A stretch of 34,165 nucleotides of DNA. Source: Callorhinchus milii. Lineage: Eukaryota. The DNA lies in contig NW_024705568.1 in the NCBI RefSeq assembly GCF_018977255.1, positions 1 through 34,165 of the forward strand. The letters are read 5' to 3'. This document shows, piece after piece, positions 1 through 11,569 of the stretch. The translations under genes were made by a program, and so were the position numbers. The notes under the pieces were generated by a model. It was given only the letters and a program-made list of their open reading frames with translations. It was not told the origin of the DNA and did no database searches. Position 1 is the first letter of the stretch. Every line of letters starts with the position of its first letter.

Positions 1-3000
1 AGGGAGTGTGAGAGTGTGAGTGTGGGGGTGAGGCGTGTGAGAGTGTGAGAGGGAGTGTGAGAGGGAGTGTGAGAGAGTGTGAGTGTGTGAGGGTGTTTGA
101 GAGGATGTGTGAGAGTGAGAGAGTGTGAGAGTGTGATAGGGTATGAGGGAGTGTGAGAGGGAGTGAGAGGGTGTGAGGGAGTGTGTGAGAGGGAGATTGT
201 GTGAGAGTGAGAGGGTGTGTGAAGGTGTTTGAGAGGGTGTGTGAGTGTGAGTGTGAGAGGGTGTGTGTGAGTGGGGTGAGAGGGTGTGAAGGTCTTTGAG
301 AGGGTGTGTGAGAGTGTGAGTGTGAGAGGGTGTGTGAGAGCGGGTGAGGGTGTGCAAGAGTGGGAGAGGGTGTGTGAGAATGTGAGAGAGTGTGAGACGG
401 TGTGATAGGGTGTGTGAGTGTGAGAGGGTGTGTGAGAGAGTGTGAGGGTGTGAGAGGGTCTGAGGGAGTGTGAGAGTGTGAGAGAGTGTGAGGGTGTGAG
501 AGGGTCTGAGGGAGTGTGAGAGTGTGAGAGGGAGTGTGTGAGGGTGTTTGAGAGGGTGTGTGAGAGTGAGAGAGTGTGATAGGGTATGAGGGAGTGTGAG
601 AGGGAGTGAGAGGGTGTGAGGGAGTTTGTGAGAGGGAGATTGTTTGAGAGTGAGAGGGTGTGTGAAGGTGTGTGAGAGGGTGTGAAGGTGTTTGAGAGGG
701 TGTGTGAGAGGGTGTGTGAGAGTGGGAGAGGGTGTGTGAGGGTGAGAGAGTGTGAGGGTGTGAGAGGGTCTGAAGGAGTGTGAGAGGGAGTGTGAGAGGG
801 TGTGAGAGGGAGTGTGAGTGTGAGAGGGTGTGTGAGAGTGAGAGAGTGTGAGAGTGTGATAGGCTATGAGGGAGTGAGAGGGTGTGAGAGGGAGATTGTG
901 TGAGAGTGAGAGGGTGTGAAGGTGTTTGAGAGGGTGTGTGAGAGTGTGAGTATGAGAGGGTGTGTGAGAGTGGGAGAGGGTGTGCGAGGGAGTGTGAGAG
1001 GGTGTGTGAGTCTGAGAGGGTGTGTGAGAAAGTGTGAGAGTGGGAGGGTTTGAGGGAGTGTGAGAGGGTGTGAGAGGGTGAGAGGATGTGAAGGTGTTAG
1101 AGAAGGTCTGAGGAAGTGTGAGAGGGTGTGAGAGTGTGAGAGAGTGTGAGGGTGTGAGAGGGTCTGAAGGAGTGTGAGAGGGAGTGTGAGAGGGTGTGAG
1201 AGTGAGAGGGTGTTAGAGTGAGCTGGTATGAGGGTGTGTGAGGGTATTTGAGAGGGAGTGTTAGAGTGTGAGGGTGTGTGAGAGTGTGAGAGAGTGTGAG
1301 ACGGTGTGATAGGGTGTGTGAGTGTGAGAGGGTGTGTGAGAGGGTCTGAGGAAGTGTGAGAGGGTGTGAAGGTGTTAGTGAAGGTCTGAGGATGTGTGAG
1401 GGTGTGAGAGAGTGTGAGGGTGTGAGAGGGTCTGAGGGAGTGTGAGAGGAAGTGTCAGAGGGTGTGAGAGTGTGAGAGTGAGTGTGAGAGAGTGAGTGTG
1501 TGAGGGTGTTTGAGAGGGTGTGTGAGAGTGTGAGAGTGTGTGAGGGAGTGTGTGAGAGGGAGTGTGAGAGAGAGTGAGAGGGTGTGAGGGAGTGTGTGAG
1601 AGGGAGATTGTGTGAGAGTGAGAGGGTGTGTGAGAGTGTGAGTGTGAGAGGGTGTGTGAGAGTGGGTGAGGGTGTGCGAGAGTGGGAGAGGGTGTGTGAG
1701 AGAGTGTGAGGGTGTGAGAGGGTCTGAGGGAGTGTGAGAGTGTGAGAGGGAGTGTGAGAGAGTGTGTGAGGGTGTTTGAGAGGGTGTGTGAGAGTGAGAG
1801 AGTGTGAGAGTGTGATAGGGTATGAGGGAGTGTGAGAGGGAGTGAGAGGGTGTGAGGGAGTGTGTGAGAGGGAGATTGTGTGAGAGTGAGAGGGTGTGTG
1901 AAGGTGTTTGAGAGGGTGTGTGAGTGTGAGTGTGAGAGGGTGTGTGTGAGTGGGTGAGGGTGTGTGAGAGTGGGAGCGGGTGTGCGAGAGTGGGAGAGGG
2001 TGTGTGAGAGTGGGAGAGGGTGTGTGAGGGTGAGAGAGTGTGAGGGTGTGAGAGGGAGTGTGAGAGCGTGTGAGAGAGTGAGTGTGTTTGGGAGGGTGTG
2101 TGAGTGTGATAGGGTATGAGGGAGTGTGAGAGGGTGTGTGAGAGTGAGTGTGAGAGAGAGTGGGAGGGTGTGAGAGGGTGTGAGGGAGTGTGTGAGAGTG
2201 AGATGGTGTGTGAGAGGGTGTGAAGGTGTTTGAGAGGGTGTGTGAGAGTGTGAGTGTGTGAGGGAGTGTGAGAGTGAGAGAGGGTTTGCGAGAGTAGGAG
2301 AGTGTGTGTGAGGGTGTATGAGGGAGTGTGGGAGAGAGTGAGAGGGTGTGAGAGTGTGTGAGGGAGTGTGAGGGTGTGTGAGAGTGAGAGATTGTGAGGG
2401 TGTGAGAGTGTGTGAGAGTGTTTGAGAGGGTGTGGAGAGTGTGTGTGAGGGAGTGTGAAAGGGTGTGTGAGTCTGAGAGGGTGTGTCAGGAAGTGTGAGA
2501 GGGTGAGAGTGGGAGGGTTTGAGGGAGTGTGAGAGGGTGTGTGAGATGATGTGAGGGTGTGAGAGGGAGTGAGGGTGTGTGAGAGAGTGTGAGGGTGTGT
2601 GAGAGTGTGAGGGTGTGTGAGAGTGTGAGAGAGTGTGAGGGTGTGTGAGAGTTTGAGAGGTTATGAGGGAGTGTGAGAGTGTTTGAGAGACAGCGTGTGA
2701 GAGTGAGAGGGTGTGAGAGTGTATGAGGGTGTGAGGGACTGTGAGAGGCAGTGAGGGTGTGTTAGAGAGTGTGAGGGTGTGTGAGAAAGCGTGAGGGTGT
2801 GTGAGACTGCGGAAGGGTGTGTGAGAGTGTGAGGGTATGTAAGAGAGTGTGAGGGTGTGTGAGTGTGTGTGACGGTGTGTGAGAGGGTGTGAGGCTGTGT
2901 GAGAGTGTGTGAGATTGCGTGCGTATGTGTGAGGGTGTGTGAGAGAATGTGTGAGAGAGTGTGAGGATGTTTGAGAGAGTGTGAGGGTGTGTGAGAGAGT

Positions 3001-3573
3001 GTGAGGGTGTGTGAGAGTGTGTGAGGCTGTGAGTGTGTGAGGGTGTGTGAGGGTGTGAGGGAGTGTGAGAGTGTGTGAGGGTGTGTGAGAGTGTGTGAGG
3101 GAGTGTGAGAGTGTGTGAGAGTGAAAGGGTGTGAGAGTGTGAGAGAGTGTGAGGGTGTGTGAGTGTGTGTGACGGAGTGTGAGAGGGTCTGAGTGTGTGT
3201 GTGTGTGAGGGTGTGTAAGAGATTGTGACGGTGTGTGAGAGTGTGTGAGAGTGTGGGAGGTTGTGTGAGAGTGTGTGAGAGTGTGAGGTGTGAGTGTGTG
3301 TGAGATGATATGAGGGTGTGTGAGAGGGTGAGAGAGAGTGTGTGAGGGTGTGTGAGAGGGTGTGTGAGAGTGTGTGACGGTGTGTGAGGGAGTGTGAGAG
3401 TGCGTGAGAGGCAGAGGGTGTGAGAGTGAGAGGGTGTGAGAGAGTGTGAGGGTGTGTGAGAGTGTGAGGGTGTGTGAGTGTGTGTGACGGAGTGTGAGAC
3501 GGTCTGAGTGTGTGTGTGTGTGTGAGGGTGTGTGAGAGTGTGGGAGGTTGTGTGAGATGATATGAGGTTGTGT
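1..3573. repeat. TG/GA compound microsatellite array (GTGAGAGGGTGT-like) with higher-order units
   Basis: Almost only G/T/A on the + strand. Recurring markers such as GTGATAGGGTATGAGGGAG near 133, 577, 1813 and 2106. Confidence 0.95.
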
Positions 3574-4763
3574 GCACTGTCCTTGAGTGGTTTAGGTCGT
3601 ACCTTTCTCAGCGTCTTCACTTTGTCTCGACGAATGGCTTCTCCTCCACCCCCCGCACTGTCTTGTGCGGTGTCCCTCAGTGCTCTGTCCTCGGTCCCCT
3701 CCACTTCACCCTCTATATGCTCCCCCTGTGGTGACATCACCCAACTCTACCTTTCCTCCTCTACCCTCAACTCCACGACCCCCGATGTCCTGACAGCTGT
3801 CTGTCCGACATCGAGTCCTGGACGAGAAATAACTTTCTTCAGCTCAATGTGCGCAAAACCGAGGCCCTCCTGATTGGCTCACGTCAGCGCCTCCGCACCT
3901 CAGGCGCCGACACCATCAGCATCCAAGGCTGCACTCTCCACCTCTCAAAGCCAGTCAGGAACCTCGGCGTTTTGTTCGACCCTGAGCTGTCCTTTCTCCC
4001 TCACATCCGCACCACAACTGGCACCGCCTTCCATCACCTCCGGAATATCGCCAGACTACGGCACTACCTCACCCCTCACGCGGCTGAAACCCTGGTCCAC
4101 GCCTTTGTCACCTCAAGGCTGGACTATGGGAACTCTCTCCTCGCCGGCCTTCCCGGCCCTCCCTCCACACTGCAGGTCATTCAGAACTCTGCAGCTCGTG
4201 TACTGTCCTGCACCAGACGCCGCGCCCAACATCACCCCCTCACCCTCACCTCGCTCGCCTCCACTGGCTCCCCATCCCCCAGAGGATCGAATTCAAGATC
4301 CTCATCCTCACCTACAAGGCCATTCACGGCCTCGCTCCCTCCTACCTCTCCAACCTACTATCCCCCTACCTACCGCGCCGTACCCTCCGTTCCTCGGCTC
4401 CGGTCTGCTCCACGTCCCCGCCCCAACCGCCCTACCATCGGTGGCCTTCAGCCTCTCAGCCCGAGGCTCTGGAACTCCATCCCCAGTGCCTTCGCCGCTT
4501 CCTCCCTCTCCTCCTTCAAGGCCGGTCTCAAAACCTTTCTCTTTGACCGAGCCTTCAGCTCCGCTCTCGACTCTCTTCCCCCTCCTCGCTCCCTCCCTTC
4601 CCTCCCCTCACCCTGACCATTTCCCCACTCCTCCCTCCCTTCCCTCCCCTCACCCTGACCATTCCCCCAATGCTCGGGTCATGACCCAACTGTGCAGCGC
4701 CTTGGGACGTCCTCCTGACGTGAAAGGCGCTTTATAAATGGAATCTTGTTGTTGTTGTTGTTG
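3574..4763 (+). mobile_element. 5'-truncated L2-clade LINE (C-terminal RT, 3'UTR, (TTG)n tail), frameshifted
   Basis: Peptides [16 protein letters not shown] and [17 protein letters not shown]. 3' end GGAATC(TTG)n. Near-identical to the minus copy at 20551-24400. Confidence 0.92.
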
Positions 4764-6497
4764 TGTGAGTGTGTGTGAGATGATATGAGGTTGTGTGAGT
4801 GTGTGTGATAGAGTGTGAGGGTGTGTGAGATACCGTGAGGGTGTCTGAGAGTGTGTGAGAGGCGGTGAGTGTGTGAGGGTGAGTGAGAGTGTGAGAGGGA
4901 GGGTAAGGGTGTGTGAGAATGAGGGTGTGTGAGCGTTTGAGAGGGTATAGGGAGTGTGAGAGTGTGAGAGACAGAGGGTGTGAGAGTGAGAGTGTGTGAG
5001 GGTGTGAGGGTGTGTGAGAGAATGTAACGGAAAGTGTGAGCGTGTGTGAGTGTGTGTGACGGAATGTGAGAGGTTGTGAGTGTGTGAGGGTGTGTAAGAG
5101 ATTGTGAGGGTGTGTGAGAGAGTCTGAGGGTGTGTGAGGCTGTGTGAGAGTGTGTGAGATGATGTGAGGGTGTGTGACACGGTGTGAGAGTGTGGGAGAG
5201 TGAGGTTGTGTGAGGGTGTGTGATGGTGTGTAAGTGTGTGTGACGGAGTGTGAGTGTGTGTGTGAGTGTGTGTAACAGATTGTGAGGGTGTATGAGAGGC
5301 TGTGAGTGTGTGAGGGTGTGTGAGAGGGAGTGTGAGAGGGAGAGGTTGTGTGAGTATGTGTGAGGGTGTGTGAGATGATGTGAGTGTGTGTGACGGTGTG
5401 GGAGAGGGTGTGAGAGAGTGTGTGGGATGATGTGATGGTGTGTGAGAGGGTGTGAGGGTGTGCGAGAGTGTGTGAAGGTGTGTGAGAGTGTGAGTGTGTG
5501 AGGGAGGGTGAGAGAGTGTGATGTTGTGTGAGTGTGTGTGAGAGAGGGTGTGATGTTGTGTGAGAATGTGTGAGGGTGTGTGAGATGATATGAGTGTGTG
5601 TGAGGGTGTGTGAGAGGGTGTGAGAGTGTGTGAGGGTGTGTGAGAGTGCGTGAGGGTGTGTGAGAGGGTGTGAGCGTGAGATGGTGTGTAAGAGATTGTG
5701 AGGGTGTGTGAGGGTGTGTGAGAGGCTGTGAGTGTGTGAGGGTGTGTGAGAGTGTCTGAGGGAGGGCGAGAGAGTGTGATGTTGTGTGTGAGAGGGTGTG
5801 ATTTTGTGTGAGTGTGTGTGAGAGGGTGTGAGGGGGTGTGAGTGTGCGTGAGAGGGTGTGAGTGTGTGTGAGGGTGTGGGAGAGGGTGTGAGGGTGTGGG
5901 AGAGAGGGTGAGAGGGTGTGAGGGAGTGTGAGAGAGCATGAGGTGTGTGAGAGAATGTGAGGGTGTGTGAGGGAGCATAAGGTGTGTGAGTGTGTGAGAG
6001 GGGGTGTGAGAGAGTGTGAGATGGTGTGACATGGTGTGTAAGAGTGCGAGGGTGTGTGAGAGGGTGTGAGAGTGTGAGAGGGTGTGCGAGTGTGAGAGGG
6101 TGTGTGAGTGTGAGGGAGTGAGAGTGTGAGAGTGTGTGAGAGGAGAGGGTGTGAGAATGAGAAGGTGTGAGAGTGAGATGGTGTGATGGTGTGTTGAGAG
6201 AGTGTGAGGGTGTGTGCGTGTGTGATGATGTGTGAGTGTGTGTGAGAGTCTATGAGGGTTTGTTAGTGTGAGATGGTGTGAGAGTGTGTGAGGGTGTAAG
6301 GGAGTGTGAGAGCATGAGAGTGTGTGAGAGTGTGAGGGTGTGTGAGAGAGTGGGTGAGAGTGAGAGTATGTGAGAGTTTGAGTGTGGGAAAGAGTGTGAG
6401 AGAGAGTTTGAGATTGTGTGGGAGAGTGTGTGGGAGTGTGTGTGTGTGAAAGAGAGTGTGAGTGTGAGAGTGGGTGTAAGAGGGATGACGTGTGTGT

Positions 6498-6609
6498 GTT
6501 CGGGGGTTGGGAGGGAGGGGGTGGATGAGATATTGAGCAGGAGAGTCGCAAACCAAGATTTTAAATTTAAAACTTTATGGCAAACTTTGAAGGGATGAGA
6601 AATAAATGA
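6498..6609 (+). repeat. ~112-bp CR1-junction segment, copy 1 of 4 (others at 7686-7798, 10732-10847, 11545-11657)
   Basis: GTTCGGGGG..GAGCAGGAGAGTCGCAAACCAAGATTTTAAATTTAAAACTTTATGGCAAACTTTGAAGGGATGAGAAATAAATGA recurs four times. The fourth copy continues into the CR1. Confidence 0.9.
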
Positions 6610-9600
6610 GTGTGAGAGTGTGTGAGAGGGTGTGAGAGAGTGTGTGAGGGTGTGTGAGAGGGTGTGTGAGAGTGTGTGACGGTGTGTGAGGGAGTGTGAG
6701 AGTGCGTGAGAGGCAGAGGGTGTGAGAGTGTGAGAGTGTGAGAGAGTGTGAGGGTGTGTGGGGGTGTGTGAGAGTGTGTGACGGTGTGTTGAGGGAGTGT
6801 GAGAGTGTGTGAGAGGCAGAGGGTGTGAGAGTGAGAGGGTGTGAGAGTGTGAGAGAGTGTGAGGGTGTGTGAGAGTGTGTGGGATGATGTGATGGTGTGT
6901 GAGAGGGTGTGAGGGTGTGCGAGAGTGTGTGAGGGTGTGTGAGAGTGTGTGAGGGAGGGCGAGAGAGTGTGATGTTGTGTGTGAGAGGGTGTGATTTTGT
7001 GTGAGTGTGTGTGAGAGGGTGTGAGGGTGTGTGAGGTTGTGTGAGGGTGTGTGAGATGATGTGAGTGTGTGTGAGGGTGTGGGAGAGGGTGTGAGGGTGT
7101 GTGAGAGAGTGTGAGAGGGTGTGAGGGAGTGTGAGAGAGCATGAGGTGTGTGAGAGAATGTGAGGGTGTGTGAGGGAGCATGAGGTGTGTGAGTGTGTTA
7201 GAGGGGGTGTGAGAGAGTGTGAGATGGTGTGACATGGTGTGTAAGAGTGCGAGGGTGTGTGAGAGGGTGTGTGAGAGGGTGTGAGAGTGTGAGAGGGTGT
7301 GCGAGTGTGAGAGGGTGTGTGAGTGTGAGGGAGTGAGAGTGTGAGAGTGTGTGAGAGGGAGAGGGTGTGAGAATGAGAAGGTGTGAGAGTGAGATGGTGT
7401 GATGGTGTGTTGAGAGAGTGTGAGGGTGTGTGCGTGTGTGATGATGTGTGAGTGTGTGTGAGAGTCTATGAGGGTTTGTTAGTGTGAGATGGTGTAAGAG
7501 TGTGTGAGGGAGTGTGAGAGTGTGAGGGTGTGTGTGAGAGAGTGGGTGAGAGTGAGAGTATGTGAGAGTTTGAGTGTGGGAAAGAGTGTGAGAGAGTTTG
7601 AGATTGTGTGGGAGAGTGTGTGGGAGTGTGTGTGTGAAAGAGAGTGTGAGTGTGAGAGTGGGTGTAAGAGGGATGACGTGTGTGTGTTCGGGGGGTTGGG
7701 AGGGAGGGGGTGGATGAGATATTGAGCAGGAGAGTCGCAAACCAAGATTTTAAATTTAAAACTTTATGGCAAACTTTGAAGGGATGAGAAATAAATGAGT
7801 GTGAGAGTGTGTGAGAGGGTGTGAGAGAGTGTGTGAGGGTGTGTGAGAGGGTGTGAGAGTGTGTGACGGTGTGTGAGGGAGTGTGAGAGTGCGTGAGAGG
7901 CAGAGGGTGTGAGAGTGTGAGAGTGTGAGAGAGTGTGAGGGTGTGTGGGGGTGTGTGAGAGTGTGTGACGGTGTGTTGAGGGAGTGTGAGAGTGTGTGAG
8001 AGGCAGAGGGTGTGAGAGTGAGAGGGTGTGAGAGTGTGAGAGAGTGTGAGGGTGTGTGAGTGTGTGTGACGGAGTGTGAGAGGGTCTGAGTGTGTGTGTG
8101 AGTGTGTGAGGGTGTGTGAGAGTGTGGGAGGTTGTGTGAGAGTGTGTGAGAGAGTGTGAGGGAGTGTGAGTGTGTGTGAGGGTGTGTGAGATGATATGAG
8201 GTTGTGTGAGTGTGTGTGAGATGATATGAGGTTGTGTGAGTGTGTGTGATAGAGTGTGAGGGTGTGTGAGATAGCGTGAGGGTGTCTGAGAGTGTGTGAG
8301 AGGCGGTGAGTGTGTGAGGGTGAGTGAGAGTGTGAGAGGGAGTGTAAGGGTGTGTGAGAATGAGGGTGTGTGAGAGTTTGAGAGGGTATAGGGAGTGTGA
8401 GAGTGTGTGAGAGACAGAGGGTGTGAGAGTGAGAGAGTGTGTGAGGGTGTGTGAGAGAGTGTGACGGAGAGTGTGAGGGTGTGTGAGTGTGTGTGACAGA
8501 ATGTGAGAGGTTGTGAGGGTGTGAGGGTGTGTAAGAGATTGTGAGGGTGTGTGAGAGAGTCTGAGGGTGTGTGAGGGTGTGTGAGAGTGTGTGAGATGAT
8601 GTGAGGGTGTGTGACACGGTGTGAGAGAGTGTGGGAGAGTGAGGTTGTGTGAGTGTGTGTGACGGAGTGTGAGAGAGTGTGAGTGTGTGTGTGTGAGTGT
8701 GTGTAACAGATTGTGAGGGTGTTTCAGAGGCTGTGAGTGTGTGAGGGTGTGTGAGAGGGTGTGTGAGAGTGAGAGGTTGTGTGAGTATGTGTGAGGGTGT
8801 GTGAGATGATGTGAGTGTGTGTGAGGGTGTGGGAGAGGGTGTGAGAGAGTGTGAGGGTGTGTGAGGGTGTGGGAGAGGGTGTGTGAGGGTGTGTGGGATG
8901 ATGTGATGGTGTGTGAGAGGGTGTGAGGGTGTGCGAGAGTGTGTGAGGGTGTGTGAGAGAGTGTGAGGGTGTGTGAGTGTGTGAGGGTGTGAGGGAGGGT
9001 GAGAGAGTGTGATGTTGTGTGAGTGTGTGTGAGAGGGTGTGATGTTGTGTGAGAATGTGCGAGGTTGTGTGAGGGTGTGTGAGATGATATGAGTGTGTGT
9101 GAGGGTGTGTGAGAGGGTGTGAGAGTGTGTGAGGGTGTGTGAGAGTGTGTGAGGGTGTGAGAGGGTGTGAGGGTGTGTGAGAGGCTGTGAGTGTGTGAGG
9201 GTGTGTGAGAGGGAGTGTGTGAGTGAGAGGTTGTGTGAGTATGTGTGAGGGTGTTTGAGATGATGTGAGGGTGTGTGAGATGATGTGAGTGTGTGTGAGG
9301 GTGTGGGAGAGGGTGTGAGGGTGTGGGAGAGGGTGTGTGGGATGATGTGATGGTGTGTGAGAGGGTGTGAGGGTGTGCGAGAGTGTGTGAGGGTGTGTGA
9401 GAGAGTGTGAGGGTGTGTGAGTGTGTGAGGGTGTGAGGGAGGGTGAGAGAGTGTGATGTTGTGTGAGTGTGTGTGAGAGGGTGTGATGTTGTGTGAGAAT
9501 GTGCGAGGTTGTGTGAGGGTGTGTGAGAGGGTGTGAGAGTGTGTGAGGGTGTGTGAGAGTGTGTGAGGGTGTGAGAGGGTGTGAGGGTGTGTGAGAGGGT

Positions 9601-10244
9601 GTGAGTGTGAGATGGTGTGTGAGTGTGTGTGACAGAGTGTGAGAGGGTGTGAGTGTGTGTAAGAGATTGTGAGGGAGGGCGAGAGAGTGTGATGTTGTGT
9701 GTGAGAGGGTGTGATTTTGTGTGAGTGTGTGTGAGAGGGTGTGAGGGTGTGTGAGAATGTGTGAAGTTGTGTGAGATGATGTGAGTGTGTGTGAGGGTGT
9801 GTGTGAGGGTGTGTGTGAGGGTGTGTGAGAGTGCGAGAGGGCATGAGGTGTGTGAGAGATTGTGAGGGTGTGTGAGGGAGCATGAGGTGTGTGAGAGTGT
9901 GTGAGAGGGGGTGTGAGAGAGTGTGAGGGTGTGTGAGAGTGTGAGATGGTGTGACATGGTGTGTGAGAGTGTGAGGGTGTGTGAGAGGGTGTGAGAGTGT
10001 GAGAGGGAGTGTGAGAGGGTGTGCGAGTGTGAGAGGGTGTGTGAGTGTGAGGGAGTGAGAGTGTGAGAGTGTGTGAGAGGGAGAGGGTGTGAGAACGAGA
10101 AGGTGTGAGAGTGAGATGGTGTGATGGTGTGTTGAGAGAGTGTGAGGGTGTGTGCGTGTGTGATGATGTGTGATGTGTGTGAGAGTCTATGAGGGTTTGT
10201 TAGTGTGAGATGGTGTGAGAGTGTGTGAGGGTGTAAGGGAGTGT

Positions 10245-10574
10245 GGAGTCCTGTAGCTCAGTGGTTAGAGCACTTGCTTTGCAAGTGAGAGACCTGAGTT
10301 CAATTCCAGGCAGGGCGAAACCTTGGGCAAGTTTCCTTACTCCACACAGAGCCTAATAATAATCCCTCCAAAACAAAAACAATAATAAATTGGTCATTTT
10401 CAATTTACGACTGTTTGTGGGACATTGCTGTGCGCAATTGGCTGCCGCGTTCGCCCACAAATATACAGTCAATTCACTTTACAGTCTATTCTGTGAAGCG
10501 CTTTGGGACGTCCTCCCGACGTGAAAAGCGCTATATCAAATGCAAGGATTATTATTATTATTATTATTATTATT
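10245..10574 (+). mobile_element. tRNA-Ala(TGC)-derived SINE, full length, with (ATT)n tail and TSD AGTGT
   Basis: A box TAGCTCAGTGG, anticodon loop TTTGCAA, B box GAGTTCAATTCC. Body TGTGGGACATTGCTGTGCGCAATTGGCTGCC resembles DeuSINE/SacSINE-type sequence. L2-like 3' end. AGTGT at 10240-44 and 10575-79. Confidence 0.92.
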
Positions 10575-11569
10575 AGTGTGAGAGTGTGAGGGTGTGTGAG
10601 AGAGTGGGTGAGAGTGAGAGTATGTGAGAGTTTGAGTGTGGGAAAGAGTGTGAGAGAGAGTTTGAGATTGTGTGGGAGAGTGTGTGGGAGTGTGTGTGTG
10701 TGAAAGTGAGTGTGAGAGGGATGACGTGTGTGTTCGGGGGGTTGGGAGGGAGGGGGTGGATGAGATATTGAGCAGAAGGAGAGTCGCAAACCAAGATTTT
10801 AAATTTAAAACTTTATGGCAAACTTTGAAGGGATGAGAAATAAATGAGAGTGTGAGAGGGTGTGAGAGAGTGTGTGAGAGTGTGTGACGGTATGTGAGGG
10901 AGTGTGAGAGTGCGTGAGAGGCAGAGGGTGTGAGAGTGTGAGAGAGTGTGAGGGTGTGTGTGAGAGTGTGTGACGGTGTGTGAGGGAGTGTGAGAGTGCG
11001 TGAGAGGCAGAGAGTGTGAGAGTGTGAGAGTGTGAGAGAGTGTGAGGGTGTGTGTGAGAGTGTGTGACGGTGTGTGAGGGAGTGTGAGAGTGTGTGAGAG
11101 GCAGAGGGTGTGAAAGTGAGAGGGTGTGAGAGTGTGAGAGGGAGTGTGAGAGGGTGTGCGAGTGTGAGAGGGTGTGTGAGTGTGAGGGAGTGAGAGTGTG
11201 AGAGTGTGAGAGGGAGAGGGTGTGAGAATGAGAAGGTGTGAGAGTGAGATGGTGTGTTGAGAGAGTGTGAGGGTGTGTGCGTGTGTGATGATGTGTGAGT
11301 GTGTGTGAGAGTCTATGAGAGTTTGTTAGTGTGAGATGGTGTGAGAGTGTGTGAGGGTGTAAGGGAGTGTGAGAGTGTGAGGGTGTGTGTGAGAGAGTGG
11401 GTGAGAGTGAGAGTATGTGAGAGTTTGAGTGTGGGAAAGAGTGTGAGAGAGAGTTTGAGATTGTGTGGGAGAGTGTGTGGGAGTGTGTGTGTGTGAAAGA
11501 GAGTGTGAGTGTGAGAGTGGGTGTAAGAGGGATGACGTGTGTGTGTTCGGGGGGTTGGGAGGGAGGGGG

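Larger units (their letters stand above)
4764..11545. repeat. TG/GA compound satellite with kb-scale tandem duplications
   Basis: Same composition as 1-3573, with repeated higher-order blocks. Interrupted by a SINE and by three copies of a ~112-bp CR1-junction segment. Confidence 0.95.

Noticed and set aside
10245..10315. tRNA-Ala gene (also at 26221, 31153 and 32024)
   Set aside because: The acceptor stem is poor, there is no terminator directly downstream, and each continues into the same ~250-bp body and tail, so these are SINE heads.
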